Shown: positions 49,582 through 60,146 of the stretch, piece by piece
Layout of the letters: each line of letters begins with the position of its first letter
How positions within the stretch are numbered: position 1 is the first letter of the stretch
Assembly (NCBI GenBank): GCA_022703645.1
Contig: JAKLDG010000001.1
Coordinates: forward strand, 163,274 to 227,273
Length of the DNA stretch: 64,000 nt
Direction: 5' to 3'
From: Patescibacteria group bacterium
GTDB lineage: Bacteria; Patescibacteriota; JACPGU01
Notes under the pieces: model-generated
What the model was told of the DNA's origin: nothing
Databases searched by the model: none
Seen by the model: only the letters and a program-made list of their open reading frames with translations
Position numbers and translations under genes: made by a program

Positions 49582-51042
49582 ATGTCAAATAAATACGAAG
49601 TTATAATTGGTCTTGAAATACATGCCCAACTTGCAACGGCCAGCAAGATGTTTTGTGGTTGTAATAATAATGCGGAAGGAAAATCTCCGAATAGTGTGGC
49701 CTGTCCAGTTTGTATGGGTAATCCCGGCACTCTTCCAGTTATTAATAAAAAAGCTCTGGAATGGACATATCTTTTCGGCTTAGCGCTAAACTGCGAAGTT
49801 GCACCGCAATTTAATTTCGAAAGAAAACAATATTTCTATCCTGATCTGCCAAAAGCATATCAGATAACCAGCCAAACAACCCCACCATTGATAGGTGGGC
49901 ATCTTGAGATTGAGGTAGATGGCGAGAAGAAAAATTTTACTATTGAGCATATTCATCTTGAAGAAGATGCGGGTAAATTAATTCACTCCGGAGGCCATTC
50001 ATTGGTTGACTTGAACCGCGCTGGGACACCGCTGATGGAGATTGTAACCAATCCGGATTTTCGCTCTCCGCTGGAAGCCAAACTTTTTATGCAAGAATTG
50101 CAAAGGATTCTACGCTATCTTGGAATATCGAACGCTGATATGGAAAAAGGCCATTTGCGATGCGATGGAAATATTTCTTTGCGCGAATTCGGCGCCGAAA
50201 AATTCGGTAAAAAAGTTGAAATCAAAAATATAAATTCCTTTTCCTCACTTGAGCGCGCACTCGAATATGAAATAAAAAGACAAGGAGAACTGCTTGATTC
50301 TGGAAAGGGCGAGGAGATATTTCAAGAAACTCGCGGTTGGGATGACGCGAAAGGTAAAACTATCAGTCAGCGCGGCAAAGAAATGGCGCATGATTATAGA
50401 TATTTTCCGGAACCGGATCTCCCTCCTGTTGTACCGGCAGAAGCCTTTGATCTAGAAGGATTGAAAAAGCAAATACCGGAGTTGCCGTCAGGAAAGAGAA
50501 AAAGATATGTTGAAGATTTTGGTATCGGCAAAACCGAAGCGGATATCTTGGCAAGCAATATTGAATTAGCCAGGTTTTTTGAAGAAGCTGTTGGCGGACA
50601 GCAGGCTGATGTTGTTAAAAAAATAGCGAACTGGGTTTTGGGCGATCTATCCGGTTATCTGAATGATAAAGGGCTTGGAATTATGGAAATTAAACTGCCT
50701 CCATCGAATCTTCGCGATCTAGTCTTGCTAATTGAAAAAGGTGATATATCGGGTAAAATCGCGAAGGAAGTTTTTGTAAAAATGATTGAAGGGGGTAAAT
50801 CATCCGCTCAGATAATTGAAGAAGAGGGAATTAAACAAGTTTCCGATACTGGTGAGCTTGAAAAAATCGTTGGTGATTTGATTGCAGGTAATCAGGGTCA
50901 AGTTGAACAATATAGAAAAGATGTAGAGGCGAATGGCAATTCGCCTGTCTTGAATTGGTTTGTCGGTCAAGTAATGAAAGCTACTCGCGGTCAGGCAAAC
51001 CCATCTATTGTGATGGAAATTTTGAAGAAATTGTTGGGATAA
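49582..51042 (+). CDS. gatB: Asp/Glu-tRNA amidotransferase subunit B
   Basis: N-terminal YEVIIGLEIHAQL, Cys cluster, conserved C-terminal GatB/YqeY region. Confidence 0.9.
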   Translation: MSNKYEVIIGLEIHAQLATASKMFCGCNNNAEGKSPNSVACPVCMGNPGTLPVINKKALEWTYLFGLALNCEVAPQFNFERKQYFYPDLPKAYQITSQTTPPLIGGHLEIEVDGEKKNFTIEHIHLEEDAGKLIHSGGHSLVDLNRAGTPLMEIVTNPDFRSPLEAKLFMQELQRILRYLGISNADMEKGHLRCDGNISLREFGAEKFGKKVEIKNINSFSSLERALEYEIKRQGELLDSGKGEEIFQETRGWDDAKGKTISQRGKEMAHDYRYFPEPDLPPVVPAEAFDLEGLKKQIPELPSGKRKRYVEDFGIGKTEADILASNIELARFFEEAVGGQQADVVKKIANWVLGDLSGYLNDKGLGIMEIKLPPSNLRDLVLLIEKGDISGKIAKEVFVKMIEGGKSSAQIIEEEGIKQVSDTGELEKIVGDLIAGNQGQVEQYRKDVEANGNSPVLNWFVGQVMKATRGQANPSIVMEILKKLLG

Positions 51043-51229
51043 TGAGTTAATTTATTAGACCCGGTTAATCCTGGTCTTTTTGTTCTAATTTCATTTAAAA
51101 TTTTCAAACCCGCTCGAGTGGTGTTTTTTTGGCTTAGAATAGATAAATATTGCATATTTTGCAGATTTATTGTAGAATATCTTCATACCTTAAAAACCTG
51201 GGTAAAATCAGATACACGAGGTGTGTGAA

Positions 51230-52189
51230 ATGAAGAAACTGGTTATTATGCTTGTTTTGATAATCTCGACAGTATTTTACAGTAGCGCTTTGGCGGTAGT
51301 ACCTATGGCAGATAATCTCAAACTTACTTTTGTCGGGGACATATTGCTGGCGCGCCATCCGGGATACATCATGCGCGATACGGGTAACATCAATTATCCT
51401 TTTCAGTTTGTTACCGACGAGCTTTCCAAAGCCGACATCACATTCGGGAATATGGAAGGCGCTTTTACAGGAAATGTGGTGACGGGTAATGTTAGCAGCG
51501 GAAAAGGTAGATGGTTTTGCTTCCGTTCTCCAGCCAGTTTCGCGCCAGCGCTGAAAAACGCCGGTTTTGACATTGTGACTCTTGCCAATAACCATTCGAT
51601 GAATGGCGGAAAGCAGGGGATTGTCGATACCGTAAACACTCTTGATAAATTGAAAATCCGGCATGTCGGCGCAGGAGTAAATAAGGCGCAAGCTAACAAG
51701 TGTGAGATTATTGATTATAAAGGTTGGAAAGTCGGATTTCTGGGACGCGCTAGCATCGGAACAGAAGGGGGCGCGGGCGTCAATTCACCGGGCATCGGAG
51801 TCTTGAACAAAGAGATTTTTGACGCGGTGAAAGATTGCCAGACGAAAGCGGAGATTGTTGTCGCCACTTTTCATTGGGGGAATGAGAACCAGACAGTTCC
51901 AACTGCTATACAGAAAGACTATGCGCATCGATTAATCGATGCCGGAGTCGATATCGTCATCGGGCATCATCCGCATGTTTTGCAGCCGATCGAAATTTAC
52001 AAAGGGAAAACCATCGCCTACTCGCTCGGAAATTTCGTATTTGACAATCCAAAAAAGAGTTGGAAAACGACGATGATCTTAACAATCGAAATTGACTGTG
52101 AGTATAATCAGCACGTTACGAAGATTCCGGTAGAAATTCAAAAATTTCAGCCACGCATCATGGACAAACCAGTCGTGGTTTTGAAATAA
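51230..52189 (+). CDS. CapA/PGA_cap family metallophosphatase-like protein (capsule biosynthesis protein family)
   Basis: signal peptide; KLTFVGDILLAR, TFGNMEGAF, LANNHSMNGG, GHHPHVLQPIE motifs; GC-shifted region; ATG at 51230. Confidence 0.7.
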   Translation: MKKLVIMLVLIISTVFYSSALAVVPMADNLKLTFVGDILLARHPGYIMRDTGNINYPFQFVTDELSKADITFGNMEGAFTGNVVTGNVSSGKGRWFCFRSPASFAPALKNAGFDIVTLANNHSMNGGKQGIVDTVNTLDKLKIRHVGAGVNKAQANKCEIIDYKGWKVGFLGRASIGTEGGAGVNSPGIGVLNKEIFDAVKDCQTKAEIVVATFHWGNENQTVPTAIQKDYAHRLIDAGVDIVIGHHPHVLQPIEIYKGKTIAYSLGNFVFDNPKKSWKTTMILTIEIDCEYNQHVTKIPVEIQKFQPRIMDKPVVVLK

Positions 52190-52215
52190 TTTCAAATCTA
52201 AGGAGGATTTATACG

Positions 52216-52566
52216 ATGAATGTAAAAGCGGCTTTTGCAATATGGGATGCGGCAAGTAAACTCATGAAGGAATGTGGCAGGAAAAAAAAGTGCATTAAAT
52301 GCCAAAATATCGATGCAGTACTGCACGAAATTCTGGTCGGAGAGCCTCTTATAGACTACTTCGGATACCGTGAAAACGCGCAATTGGGGCTGATCAGTTT
52401 GAATGACAGGAAGTACAAGAATACGAAGACATGGGCAAAGGAAGTAGACAAACGACTTGCCATGATCAGGCGCGACAAGGCAGGAGAAGAACTGCCGGAA
52501 GAACTTGCGGATATCTTCGAAAGAATGCGGGAAAAGATGAACGCTCATCCTCCCGTCGAGGATTGA
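52216..52566 (+). CDS. hypothetical protein
   Basis: strong RBS AAGGAGGA 7 nt upstream; no recognisable motif. Confidence 0.4.
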   Translation: MNVKAAFAIWDAASKLMKECGRKKKCIKCQNIDAVLHEILVGEPLIDYFGYRENAQLGLISLNDRKYKNTKTWAKEVDKRLAMIRRDKAGEELPEELADIFERMREKMNAHPPVED

Positions 52567-52999
52567 TTCGATTTTCAATTTTTAAAATTCTAATGGAGTG
52601 GTTCATAATAATCGCTCCTTTTTTTATTTTTTACCTTTCGTGTTGTCATCCTCGAGCTCCTGCTCCGTACTCGGACAGGAAATCAAGGATCTACAAATGC
52701 ATTATGAGAGCCATTTAGAAGCACCACTTAACATTGCTAAAAGATCTTTAATATTCTCTTCGTCTTTTTTATTTATAAATCATGTAAAGACAAAATAGAG
52801 TTCGAGGATGACAAACGATAAAACTATTGACATTTTGGCTTAAATATGCTAAAATTTGTATATGTAGTAGGTACTTTAATATTTTAATAAACCCATCTTT
52901 TTGGGTTAATATATTCTTAAGTTTTTAAATTTTCATTTTAACTTTATAAACCCGACCGCTCTTGAGTAGTCGCGGAAAAACTTTCAAAGGAGATTTGAA

Positions 53000-53383
53000 A
53001 TGAAAATTACAACAAAAGGATTGGCAGTAATTGCAGTTTTGCTGGCGTTGATCGGATTGGCGCTGGTATTTGCGCCGAAGATCGACAAGTTTGTTGCAAA
53101 CAAAACGACTCACGCTACGATGGAAGTAAAGCGCCTTAAGGGGCCAACTGTAAAGAACGAGTTTACCTTGCCGGACGACGAACAATTCAAGTATCTCGAA
53201 GCAAATCAGGACAAAATTGCACGAGAGCTGGGTAAGTGTAAAAAGGTTGAGGACCGAGATATGAGAGGGTTTTGTCTGGGTAATTTATATAAAAAGTATC
53301 CCGGACTTTATGCCTCTCTCGTGATAGCAGAACCACTTGTCCCGGAGAAATACAGCGCGTTTTTTACATCAACTGAAAAATAA
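53000..53383 (+). CDS. hypothetical small secreted protein
   Basis: RBS AAAGGAGA; signal peptide; followed by a strong terminator. Confidence 0.4.
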   Translation: MKITTKGLAVIAVLLALIGLALVFAPKIDKFVANKTTHATMEVKRLKGPTVKNEFTLPDDEQFKYLEANQDKIARELGKCKKVEDRDMRGFCLGNLYKKYPGLYASLVIAEPLVPEKYSAFFTSTEK

Positions 53384-53394
53384 TTCAAATGCAT

Positions 53395-53432
53395 TCCCCC
53401 GACCGGTTTACCGGTCGGGGGATTTGTTTTTT
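53395..53432 (+). terminator. rho-independent terminator (tcccccgaccgg-ttta-ccggtcggggga plus T-run)
   Basis: 12-bp perfect stem. Confidence 0.8.
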
Positions 53433-53486
53433 GAAGCAAAAATATGCTATAATTCTTCTCAAGAACCTTACCAAGGAGAGAAAAAA

Positions 53487-54101
53487 ATGAATAGTGATTC
53501 GATTTATGGTATAGCGCTGATAATATCTCTTACCGGTTGTGTAATACATTCATGTCTAAAAGTGTTCTTGGATAAAAATAGGATTGAAAAAGAATCGGAA
53601 TTGGATCAGCTCAATGCTCTGTATATGAGTGAGCTTGCAGAACTTGGCAATAAAAAAGCGCAAGCTGAGAAAGAGAGAAAAAAAGCTACAGATCTTATTG
53701 CAGATTTTCAGAAATGCACCCGAGCAATAAAAGGCGAGAGAATAAACATTTATCGTGATGGTTACTTACTTTGCGATTTGACGGGTAGATTTGAATTCTT
53801 TAGCATTTTTCATATTCACAAAGGATCAAGGATAGTAATATCGAAAAAAGACCCTGTAATTCGACATGGTGTGTGTATGCACGAGTGTGTTTATGTCGAG
53901 GTTTGGCCAAAACACATTACGGAAGATTACTTTGAGAGCTATGCAATAAAACCAAAAGGATTAAAAAATAACATTAGATTTCACATTGCTGAAGAAGAGG
54001 TATTGAGATTAAAAATAGTCTCAATGATATTTCGTCAGACTAACAAAATTGGTAAACAAAAGTTAGATCAAATGATGGAAATTTCCAAAAGAGCGCCTTA
54101 G
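53487..54101 (+). CDS. hypothetical membrane-anchored protein
   Basis: ATG at 53487 after RBS AAGGAGAG; the ORF-track start at 53337 would span the upstream terminator; N-terminal TM. Confidence 0.4.
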   Translation: MNSDSIYGIALIISLTGCVIHSCLKVFLDKNRIEKESELDQLNALYMSELAELGNKKAQAEKERKKATDLIADFQKCTRAIKGERINIYRDGYLLCDLTGRFEFFSIFHIHKGSRIVISKKDPVIRHGVCMHECVYVEVWPKHITEDYFESYAIKPKGLKNNIRFHIAEEEVLRLKIVSMIFRQTNKIGKQKLDQMMEISKRAP

Positions 54102-54175
54102 CGCTCTTTTTTATGTTAAAATAGGAGGGTAAGAAAACAATGAAGCAAAAAATCAAAAAACAATTATAACTATTT

Positions 54176-55126
54176 ATGAAAAATATTTGGAAAGAACTAT
54201 CGAAAGATAAAAAACCTTTTGTTGCGTTAGCGCCTATGGCTGGTGTGACCGATTTTCCATTTCGGGAGATAATTGCGGAAATAGGAAAGCCTGATGTGAT
54301 GTTTACGGAATTCGTTTCTACAGAACATATCGCAAGGGTTTCTGAAACGCCTTTGGTTTTGAAATTTTCAAAAAAGCAGCGACCGATTATCGCGCAATTT
54401 TTTGGTTCAAAGCCGGAACAGTTTGAAAAATGCGCGCAATTAGCATTAAAATTAGGATTTGATGGGATAGATATCAATATGGGCTGCCCTGATCGCAAGG
54501 TTCTAAAACAAGGCGCGGGATCGGAACTTATAAAAAATTCAGAGTTAGCGGTCGAGATTATCCGCACGGTAAAAAAAGTTGTCGACGGTAAAATCCCTGT
54601 TTCGGTCAAAACGAGGATAGGATGGGACGAAAAAAATATTTCAAAATATTTGGAAATATTAAAAAATATTGTTGCCACGGAAAATATCAGTGCGATAACA
54701 ATTCATGGGAGAACTGCAAAACAAGGGTATTCTGGCAATGCAGACTGGGAGACTATCGGAAAATTTACAAAAGAATTGAAAAAAGTAAATAAAAATTTAA
54801 TCGTGATTGGGAATGGTGACATCAAAAATTTGGCGCAAGGAAAAATGTTAGTTGATAAATACGACCTTGATGGATTTATGATTGGTCGCCAAATTCTCAA
54901 AAATCCTTGGGTATTCAGTAGCGGCAGAAAATTTTCTGCCCCTACGATACGAAAAAGGTTAAAAATCGCCCTGAAGCATACGGAACTTTTTCAAAAATTC
55001 TATGGCGAGAAGGCTTCATTTGGCGCAATGAAAAAATACTATAAAGCATATCTATCCGGTTTTGAAATCAAAAAAGATTTGATGAATGCGAAGAATTTTG
55101 AAGAAGCGAAGAAGATTTTAAAATAA
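54176..55126 (+). CDS. dus: tRNA-dihydrouridine synthase (Dus family)
   Basis: LAPMAGVTDFPFREI, DINMGCPDRKV, TIHGRT motifs; carries an in-frame 28-nt REP-like insertion encoding GRKFSAP. Confidence 0.85.
   Translation: MKNIWKELSKDKKPFVALAPMAGVTDFPFREIIAEIGKPDVMFTEFVSTEHIARVSETPLVLKFSKKQRPIIAQFFGSKPEQFEKCAQLALKLGFDGIDINMGCPDRKVLKQGAGSELIKNSELAVEIIRTVKKVVDGKIPVSVKTRIGWDEKNISKYLEILKNIVATENISAITIHGRTAKQGYSGNADWETIGKFTKELKKVNKNLIVIGNGDIKNLAQGKMLVDKYDLDGFMIGRQILKNPWVFSSGRKFSAPTIRKRLKIALKHTELFQKFYGEKASFGAMKKYYKAYLSGFEIKKDLMNAKNFEEAKKILK
54917..54944. repeat. 28-nt GTAG-headed palindromic REP-like element inserted in frame in dus
   Basis: gtagcggcagaaaattttctgcccctac; 27/28 identical to the copy in prmC. 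Confidence 0.6.
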
Positions 55127-55127
55127 T

Positions 55128-55240
55128 TTTCAATTTTACAATTTCCAATTTTCAATCAATTTTTCAATGATTCAATTTTTGATATAATTGCAAAGCAATA
55201 CCTAAATTGGAAACTGAAAACTGAAAATTGAAAATTTCCC
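55128..55240. repeat. AT-rich palindromic spacer element (caatt/aattg family)
   Basis: ttttcaattttacaatttccaattttcaatcaatttttcaatgattcaatt ... aaattggaaactgaaaactgaaaattgaaaatt. Confidence 0.6.
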
Positions 55241-55388
55241 CAAAACACCCCTTGTCATCTTTTTTCAATTTAGTATGATATAGTTACAACATAAAAACAA
55301 AAATCCATTCGCGAAGATACCGGGACTAATTTTGGTTTAATAGTGTAGGTTCTTTGAGCTATTTGCGTTTGGTTTAGGGAGGGCACTT

Positions 55389-57017
55389 TTGTTTAAAAAA
55401 TACGAAATAAAATCTACATATTCGAACTCTTCCCGTATTGGAAAAACTGTACGAAATTGGGGCTACCTAGCTATTGTTTTTGTTTTTATAGTCCTGATTT
55501 GGTCTGGTTATTTTATATACCAAAACTATTACAAGACAGGGAAAATTAACTGGAATAGCAAAGTTTCCGGAAGTGTTTACTCTGGAGATGAGCCACTTTA
55601 TGGTGTATTGATAGAAGTTGATAAAGGTCTTTCCGTTACCAGTAATGAAAAAGGAACTTTCAATATTTCAAAAGTCAAATTTGGGAAAACAAAATTCACT
55701 TTTAGCCGAGATGGATATTTGCCACAAGTGAAAGAATTTTTTGTTTGGCAGAAAAATATGACTTTGGAAAAAATAAATCTAAAAAGAACAGGAGAGTTTG
55801 ATTCTTCGTATTCTGGGAAAGTGGTAAATGGTTTTAATAAAAAACCAATTGCCGGAGCCGTTATTACACTAGCTAGCGCAAACAGGATGAGTGACGAATC
55901 CGGGAACTTCCTTTTTTCTGAAATGCCAAAAGGTGATTTTACGATAAAAATTTCTGCCATTGGCTTTAATGATTTTGAAGAAAGTGTTTCGCTCGATTCG
56001 TTAGCAATACCAAATAAAGAATTTACCCTAACTCCCTATGGGAAAATAACTTTTACTTCGGCACGATCCGGTAAAAGAGATATATATTCTATTAGCTATG
56101 ATGGTAAAAACATTAAAGACCTGACACAAAAATACAAAGGCGATTGCTGGTATGCGAGCGCAACGGCCGATGGCAAGAAAATAGTTTTCTTTTCGAATAT
56201 GACTGGCGCCTATGATGAATGGGGACAAAAACAAAGCGATCTCTATGTTGCCGATAACTTTGGTGATAGTGTAAGAAAAATCAATAAGAATGATATTATT
56301 CCTGAAGAAAAATACGTGATCAGCGCTGATGGTAATTCGGTTGCTTTTTTCGCAAAACAAATAGGATCGGACAAAAGAGAGATATTTCTTAGCGACTTGG
56401 CAAAAGGATCAAAGTGGATTCAACTAACTGATAATGATTTTACGGAAAGCGACATGGCTATATCTCCCGATGGGAAAATAGTAGCTTATGAAATTATTAA
56501 TAATGAAAAGAGAGAGATTGTACTGATAAATACTGAAAATCTTGATTCGAATGCTATCTCTTCTGATTCAAGCAGAGTAAACTTCATGGCTTTTTTGAAT
56601 GATGGCAAAAAATTGCTCTACTCCCGAGATTCAATTGATTTTGGATCACGCGTTTTTATTTATGATTTAGAAAAGAAGAAAGAAGAGGAGGTTTTTAAAA
56701 CATATTCTGATATCAGTAATCTTGCCCTGAACCCAGATAATTCAAAGATAGTATTTACTTCCAGGAGAGATGGCAAAAATGCCATTTATACTTTTGAAAT
56801 CGATGGAATGCATGAGGTTCAAATTTCCGATGTTGATGAAGAATACGGCAATATGATGTGGCCGATAGAAGGAATTCTGGTTTTCACGGTTACGAGCGGA
56901 GATGTTAATAAACTCAATGCAATGAATCTGTCAAATAGAAAAATGAGCGAGATAGAGGACGTGGGTGATGATGCTATTAGCTGGATAAACGAGGGTTTTG
57001 ACAAGAAAGGTGATTAA
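55389..57017 (+). CDS. secreted protein with N-terminal carboxypeptidase-regulatory-like beta-sandwich domains and a C-terminal PD40/TolB-like beta-propeller
   Basis: TM/signal; repeated PD40-like blocks (YSISYDGKNIKDLTQ; ISADGNSVAFFAK; AISPDGKIVAYEI; ALNPDNSKIVFTS). Confidence 0.55.
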   Translation: MFKKYEIKSTYSNSSRIGKTVRNWGYLAIVFVFIVLIWSGYFIYQNYYKTGKINWNSKVSGSVYSGDEPLYGVLIEVDKGLSVTSNEKGTFNISKVKFGKTKFTFSRDGYLPQVKEFFVWQKNMTLEKINLKRTGEFDSSYSGKVVNGFNKKPIAGAVITLASANRMSDESGNFLFSEMPKGDFTIKISAIGFNDFEESVSLDSLAIPNKEFTLTPYGKITFTSARSGKRDIYSISYDGKNIKDLTQKYKGDCWYASATADGKKIVFFSNMTGAYDEWGQKQSDLYVADNFGDSVRKINKNDIIPEEKYVISADGNSVAFFAKQIGSDKREIFLSDLAKGSKWIQLTDNDFTESDMAISPDGKIVAYEIINNEKREIVLINTENLDSNAISSDSSRVNFMAFLNDGKKLLYSRDSIDFGSRVFIYDLEKKKEEEVFKTYSDISNLALNPDNSKIVFTSRRDGKNAIYTFEIDGMHEVQISDVDEEYGNMMWPIEGILVFTVTSGDVNKLNAMNLSNRKMSEIEDVGDDAISWINEGFDKKGD

Positions 57018-57095
57018 AGATTATAATGAGGGGTAGTTATAAAGTAGAAAGTTATAAAGTTAGATATAATGAAATATTATAAATAAATATAAAAA

Positions 57096-57491
57096 ATGGA
57101 AAACAACACAGATGTATTAATTGTAATTCTATCAACTGGTTTTGTTATATTAATCATTTTTGTTTGTGTGGCGCTCGGCGCGATGATAAAAATAATGCTG
57201 GATATAAAAAAGATTACTGAAATAGCCAAAAAAGAGGCTGATGCAATCTCGCAAGTGGTTGATGTGGTCGGGAATAAAGCAAAGAGCTTTGTGACAAATT
57301 CGTTTATTATCGATAAGATTGTACCTGCAATAATGGGTATAATCGCTGCCGGAATGAGCGCCAAGGCTGGATCGGATTTTTACAAAAAAACAAATAAGCA
57401 AGAAAGCAACGGATCAAGAAAACAAGAAAGCAAAAAAACAAAGAAGCAGGGTAAAAGATCGGATATATTTAGTGATGATGAAATAGATTAA
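57096..57491 (+). CDS. hypothetical membrane protein
   Basis: ORF with two TM segments and a basic tail. Confidence 0.3.
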   Translation: MENNTDVLIVILSTGFVILIIFVCVALGAMIKIMLDIKKITEIAKKEADAISQVVDVVGNKAKSFVTNSFIIDKIVPAIMGIIAAGMSAKAGSDFYKKTNKQESNGSRKQESKKTKKQGKRSDIFSDDEID

Positions 57492-57582
57492 ATCGCCAAT
57501 TGTTTCGAATTATGACGAATTTTCGCGAATTGAAATATAAATCATTAAGAATACGTATAAATATAAATAAACAAAAACAAAA

Positions 57583-57972
57583 ATGAGTAAATTTAAAAAC
57601 TTTTTAAAAGGTGTAGTTTTGGGTAGCATTATTGGCACTGCGATTGGAATTTTTGAATCCCCAAAAAAGGGTTCTGAAATGCAGAAAGATGCCAAAGAAT
57701 TCGCTGGTAAAATGATAAAAGAAGGCAAGAGAATTGAGAAAGAATGGAAGCCAAAAGTGAAAAAGGCGCAAAAAGCTATAAAGAAAAAAGGGAAGCAAAT
57801 TGCGAGAGAAGCAAAACCGGTTTTGAAAAAAATCAATAAAGCGGCGAATCCAACACTGAAAAAAGTGGAAAAGCTGGCAAAAAGCAGGGGAATTAATATT
57901 GATATTACACCGGAGAAAAAGAAATCAATAAAGAAAAAGAGCAAAAAAATAACAGCGAAAAAGAAGAAATAA
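57583..57972 (+). CDS. hypothetical Lys-rich membrane-anchored protein
   Basis: ORF, N-terminal TM, KK-rich repeats. Confidence 0.3.
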   Translation: MSKFKNFLKGVVLGSIIGTAIGIFESPKKGSEMQKDAKEFAGKMIKEGKRIEKEWKPKVKKAQKAIKKKGKQIAREAKPVLKKINKAANPTLKKVEKLAKSRGINIDITPEKKKSIKKKSKKITAKKKK

Positions 57973-58056
57973 ATTTAGGAAAAAGAATCTAGAATCTAGA
58001 ATTTGGAATTTTGAATAATAATTCTGAATCAAATCTAGATTCTAAATTAAATTTAT

Positions 58057-58353
58057 ATGTTAAAAAAAACCAAAACAAAAAAATCAGGTGAACTTGTATT
58101 AAAAAAGAACCCACAAGCCTTGGTTAGCGTGATAGCTCCGGAAGAATTACTCGATTATATCCGCCTTGCATCGAGTCCCTGGAAAACCTTTCTTTTCAAT
58201 TTTTTACGCGGAACGGCTCAAGGTGTCGGATTAATACTTGGTACGGCAATAGTTCTGGCAATCGTTTTCAAAATTGCAGATCAGTTTGTTACTTATCCAG
58301 TAATAGGTGAATGGCTGCAGAGGATAGGTGAAAACATGGCTTTAAAAAAATAA
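58057..58353 (+). CDS. hypothetical small membrane protein
   Basis: ORF with a C-terminal TM. Confidence 0.3.
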   Translation: MLKKTKTKKSGELVLKKNPQALVSVIAPEELLDYIRLASSPWKTFLFNFLRGTAQGVGLILGTAIVLAIVFKIADQFVTYPVIGEWLQRIGENMALKK

Positions 58354-58392
58354 TAAAAAAATTTAATTATTAATATATTAGGAGGTTAAAAA

Positions 58393-59565
58393 ATGGCAGT
58401 TGATGAAAAAAATGAATTAGAACAGATTTTTCAAAACAAAAAAGAAAGAAAAGGAAATTATGTCGGCTTGATAATTATTTTTACGATTATCGCTATTTTG
58501 GCCGGTATAGTTTCTTCTTATGGTTTTGTGACATATTACATGAGTAAAAATGTTGGAACGCCTGGCGCCGCGCCAAAAGTTACTGAAAAATATACCGTTG
58601 AAGAGAGTTCCGGAGTGGTTGATTCTGTTAAAAAAGTTTCTCCTTCCGTCGTTAGTATTACAACAACTTCAAAAGCGATTAGTTTTTGGGGTCAGACCGT
58701 AGAGCAGAAAGGCGGCGGAACGGGATTTATTATTACAAATGATGGTTTGATTCTAACTAATAAGCATGTTGTAAATGGAGCTACTGATGTTACTGTTATC
58801 ACAAATGATGGGAAAGATTATCAAGGAAAAGTTGTCGCGCTTGATCCGCTGTTTGACTTTGCGCTTGTGAAAATAGAAGCGAAAGGATTGCCAATCGTCG
58901 AGTTAGGCGATAGTAGTATGCTTGAAGCCGGTCAGAGAGTAATTGCAATCGGGAACGCTCTTGGGGAATATGACAACAGCGTTACTGTCGGAGTTATTTC
59001 TGGCATTGCGCGCGCTATTACGGCAAGTGATGGATCAGGCAGCTCTTCACGTCTCGAAGGTCTCATCCAGACAGATGCGCCAATTAACCCAGGAAATTCC
59101 GGTGGGCCTCTCGTAAATATTCAAGGTCAGGTGGTGGGAATAAATACTGCGATTGATTCAACAGCAAATTCTATCGGTTTTGCGCTTCCAATCAATAGCG
59201 CAAAAATTGCGATAGATTCTTATATCAAAAAAGGTAAAATAGTTCGTCCATTTATCGGAGTTCGTTATATTAATATTACACGTGAGTTTGCCGCTGCCAA
59301 TGACATATCGGTTACTGCGGGAGCCCTAATCCTTGCGGGGCAGACTACCGGCGAGACAGTTGCAATAGTCCCTGGTGGACCAGCCGATAAGGCGGGAATG
59401 CAAGTAAATGATATTATCATTTCTGTAAATGATGAGAAAATTACAGAAAATAAAGGACTGATTTCCGCGCTTTCTTCCTATGAGCCGGGTACGGTGGTAG
59501 AGGTTAAATACCTCAGAAAAGGGGAAGAAAAAACGACAAAGGTGACATTGGGAGAGATGAAATAA
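58393..59565 (+). CDS. htrA: HtrA/DegP-family trypsin-like serine protease with PDZ domain
   Basis: catalytic triad context (TNKHVV, DFALVK, GNSGGPL) and C-terminal PDZ; RBS AGGAGG. Confidence 0.85.
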   Translation: MAVDEKNELEQIFQNKKERKGNYVGLIIIFTIIAILAGIVSSYGFVTYYMSKNVGTPGAAPKVTEKYTVEESSGVVDSVKKVSPSVVSITTTSKAISFWGQTVEQKGGGTGFIITNDGLILTNKHVVNGATDVTVITNDGKDYQGKVVALDPLFDFALVKIEAKGLPIVELGDSSMLEAGQRVIAIGNALGEYDNSVTVGVISGIARAITASDGSGSSSRLEGLIQTDAPINPGNSGGPLVNIQGQVVGINTAIDSTANSIGFALPINSAKIAIDSYIKKGKIVRPFIGVRYINITREFAAANDISVTAGALILAGQTTGETVAIVPGGPADKAGMQVNDIIISVNDEKITENKGLISALSSYEPGTVVEVKYLRKGEEKTTKVTLGEMK

Positions 59566-59622
59566 AAGATAATATAAAACCGCTTGGCAACGCCAAGCGG
59601 TTTTTGGTTTATTGGGTTAGTT

Positions 59623-60099
59623 CTAATTCTTGCATACCCTGAGGAATCCGAGAATTTTCTTTCCGAAAATATTTCGTATTTCCTCCACGGATTTTTCGAG
59701 CAAATATTCGATATCACTGATTGATTCAATTTCCTTTACGCCGATAAGCATAATCCATCCGTGCGATGCGGTCGCGACTTCTGCCGGGTGGTCAAGAGTA
59801 GCAGGACCAAGCGCAGTACCCACCTTTTTGGTGGTTCTATAGAAAATCAGGTCTTCCATTCCGTCATTTAGAAACGGTTTTACTTCCTTCAAGAAATAAG
59901 GAAGAGCAACGAGGTCGACTTCGAGCTTGAACATGAGCGCCGATTTGGTTTGGTTATGAATCATACGGTTAGTGATAGCACATTCAAGTATTCCAGGTGG
60001 ATAATTAATGAACTTCATCAGAATTTTCTGAAATTCTTTGCGGTCTTTCTTGTAAATCTTGATCAAAATATCCACTTTGGTATCGCTGTTAATGTTCAT
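59623..60099 (-). CDS. hypothetical protein
   Basis: ORF only. Confidence 0.3.
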   Translation of the reverse strand: MNINSDTKVDILIKIYKKDRKEFQKILMKFINYPPGILECAITNRMIHNQTKSALMFKLEVDLVALPYFLKEVKPFLNDGMEDLIFYRTTKKVGTALGPATLDHPAEVATASHGWIMLIGVKEIESISDIEYLLEKSVEEIRNIFGKKILGFLRVCKN

Positions 60100-60146
60100 T
60101 ATTTCCGCTCCTTTACTTGTTTTTTCTTATTTTAACATAGAAAAAA

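Noticed and set aside
46064-51042. gatCA separated from gatB by two hypothetical ORFs and murI
   Set aside because: Split gat operons are common; noted, but not unusual enough for a finding beyond the inserted HEPN-like pair reported separately.
51167-51691. 174-aa minus-strand ORF overlapping the CapA-like gene (also 51403..51699)
   Set aside because: The plus-strand ORF has a signal peptide and CapA/metallophosphatase motifs. The antisense ORFs are typical shadows in the GC-richer segment.
52198-52578. 126-aa minus-strand ORF antisense to 52216..52566
   Set aside because: The plus-strand ORF has a near-consensus RBS (AAGGAGGA) at ideal spacing; the antisense ORF lacks any such signal.
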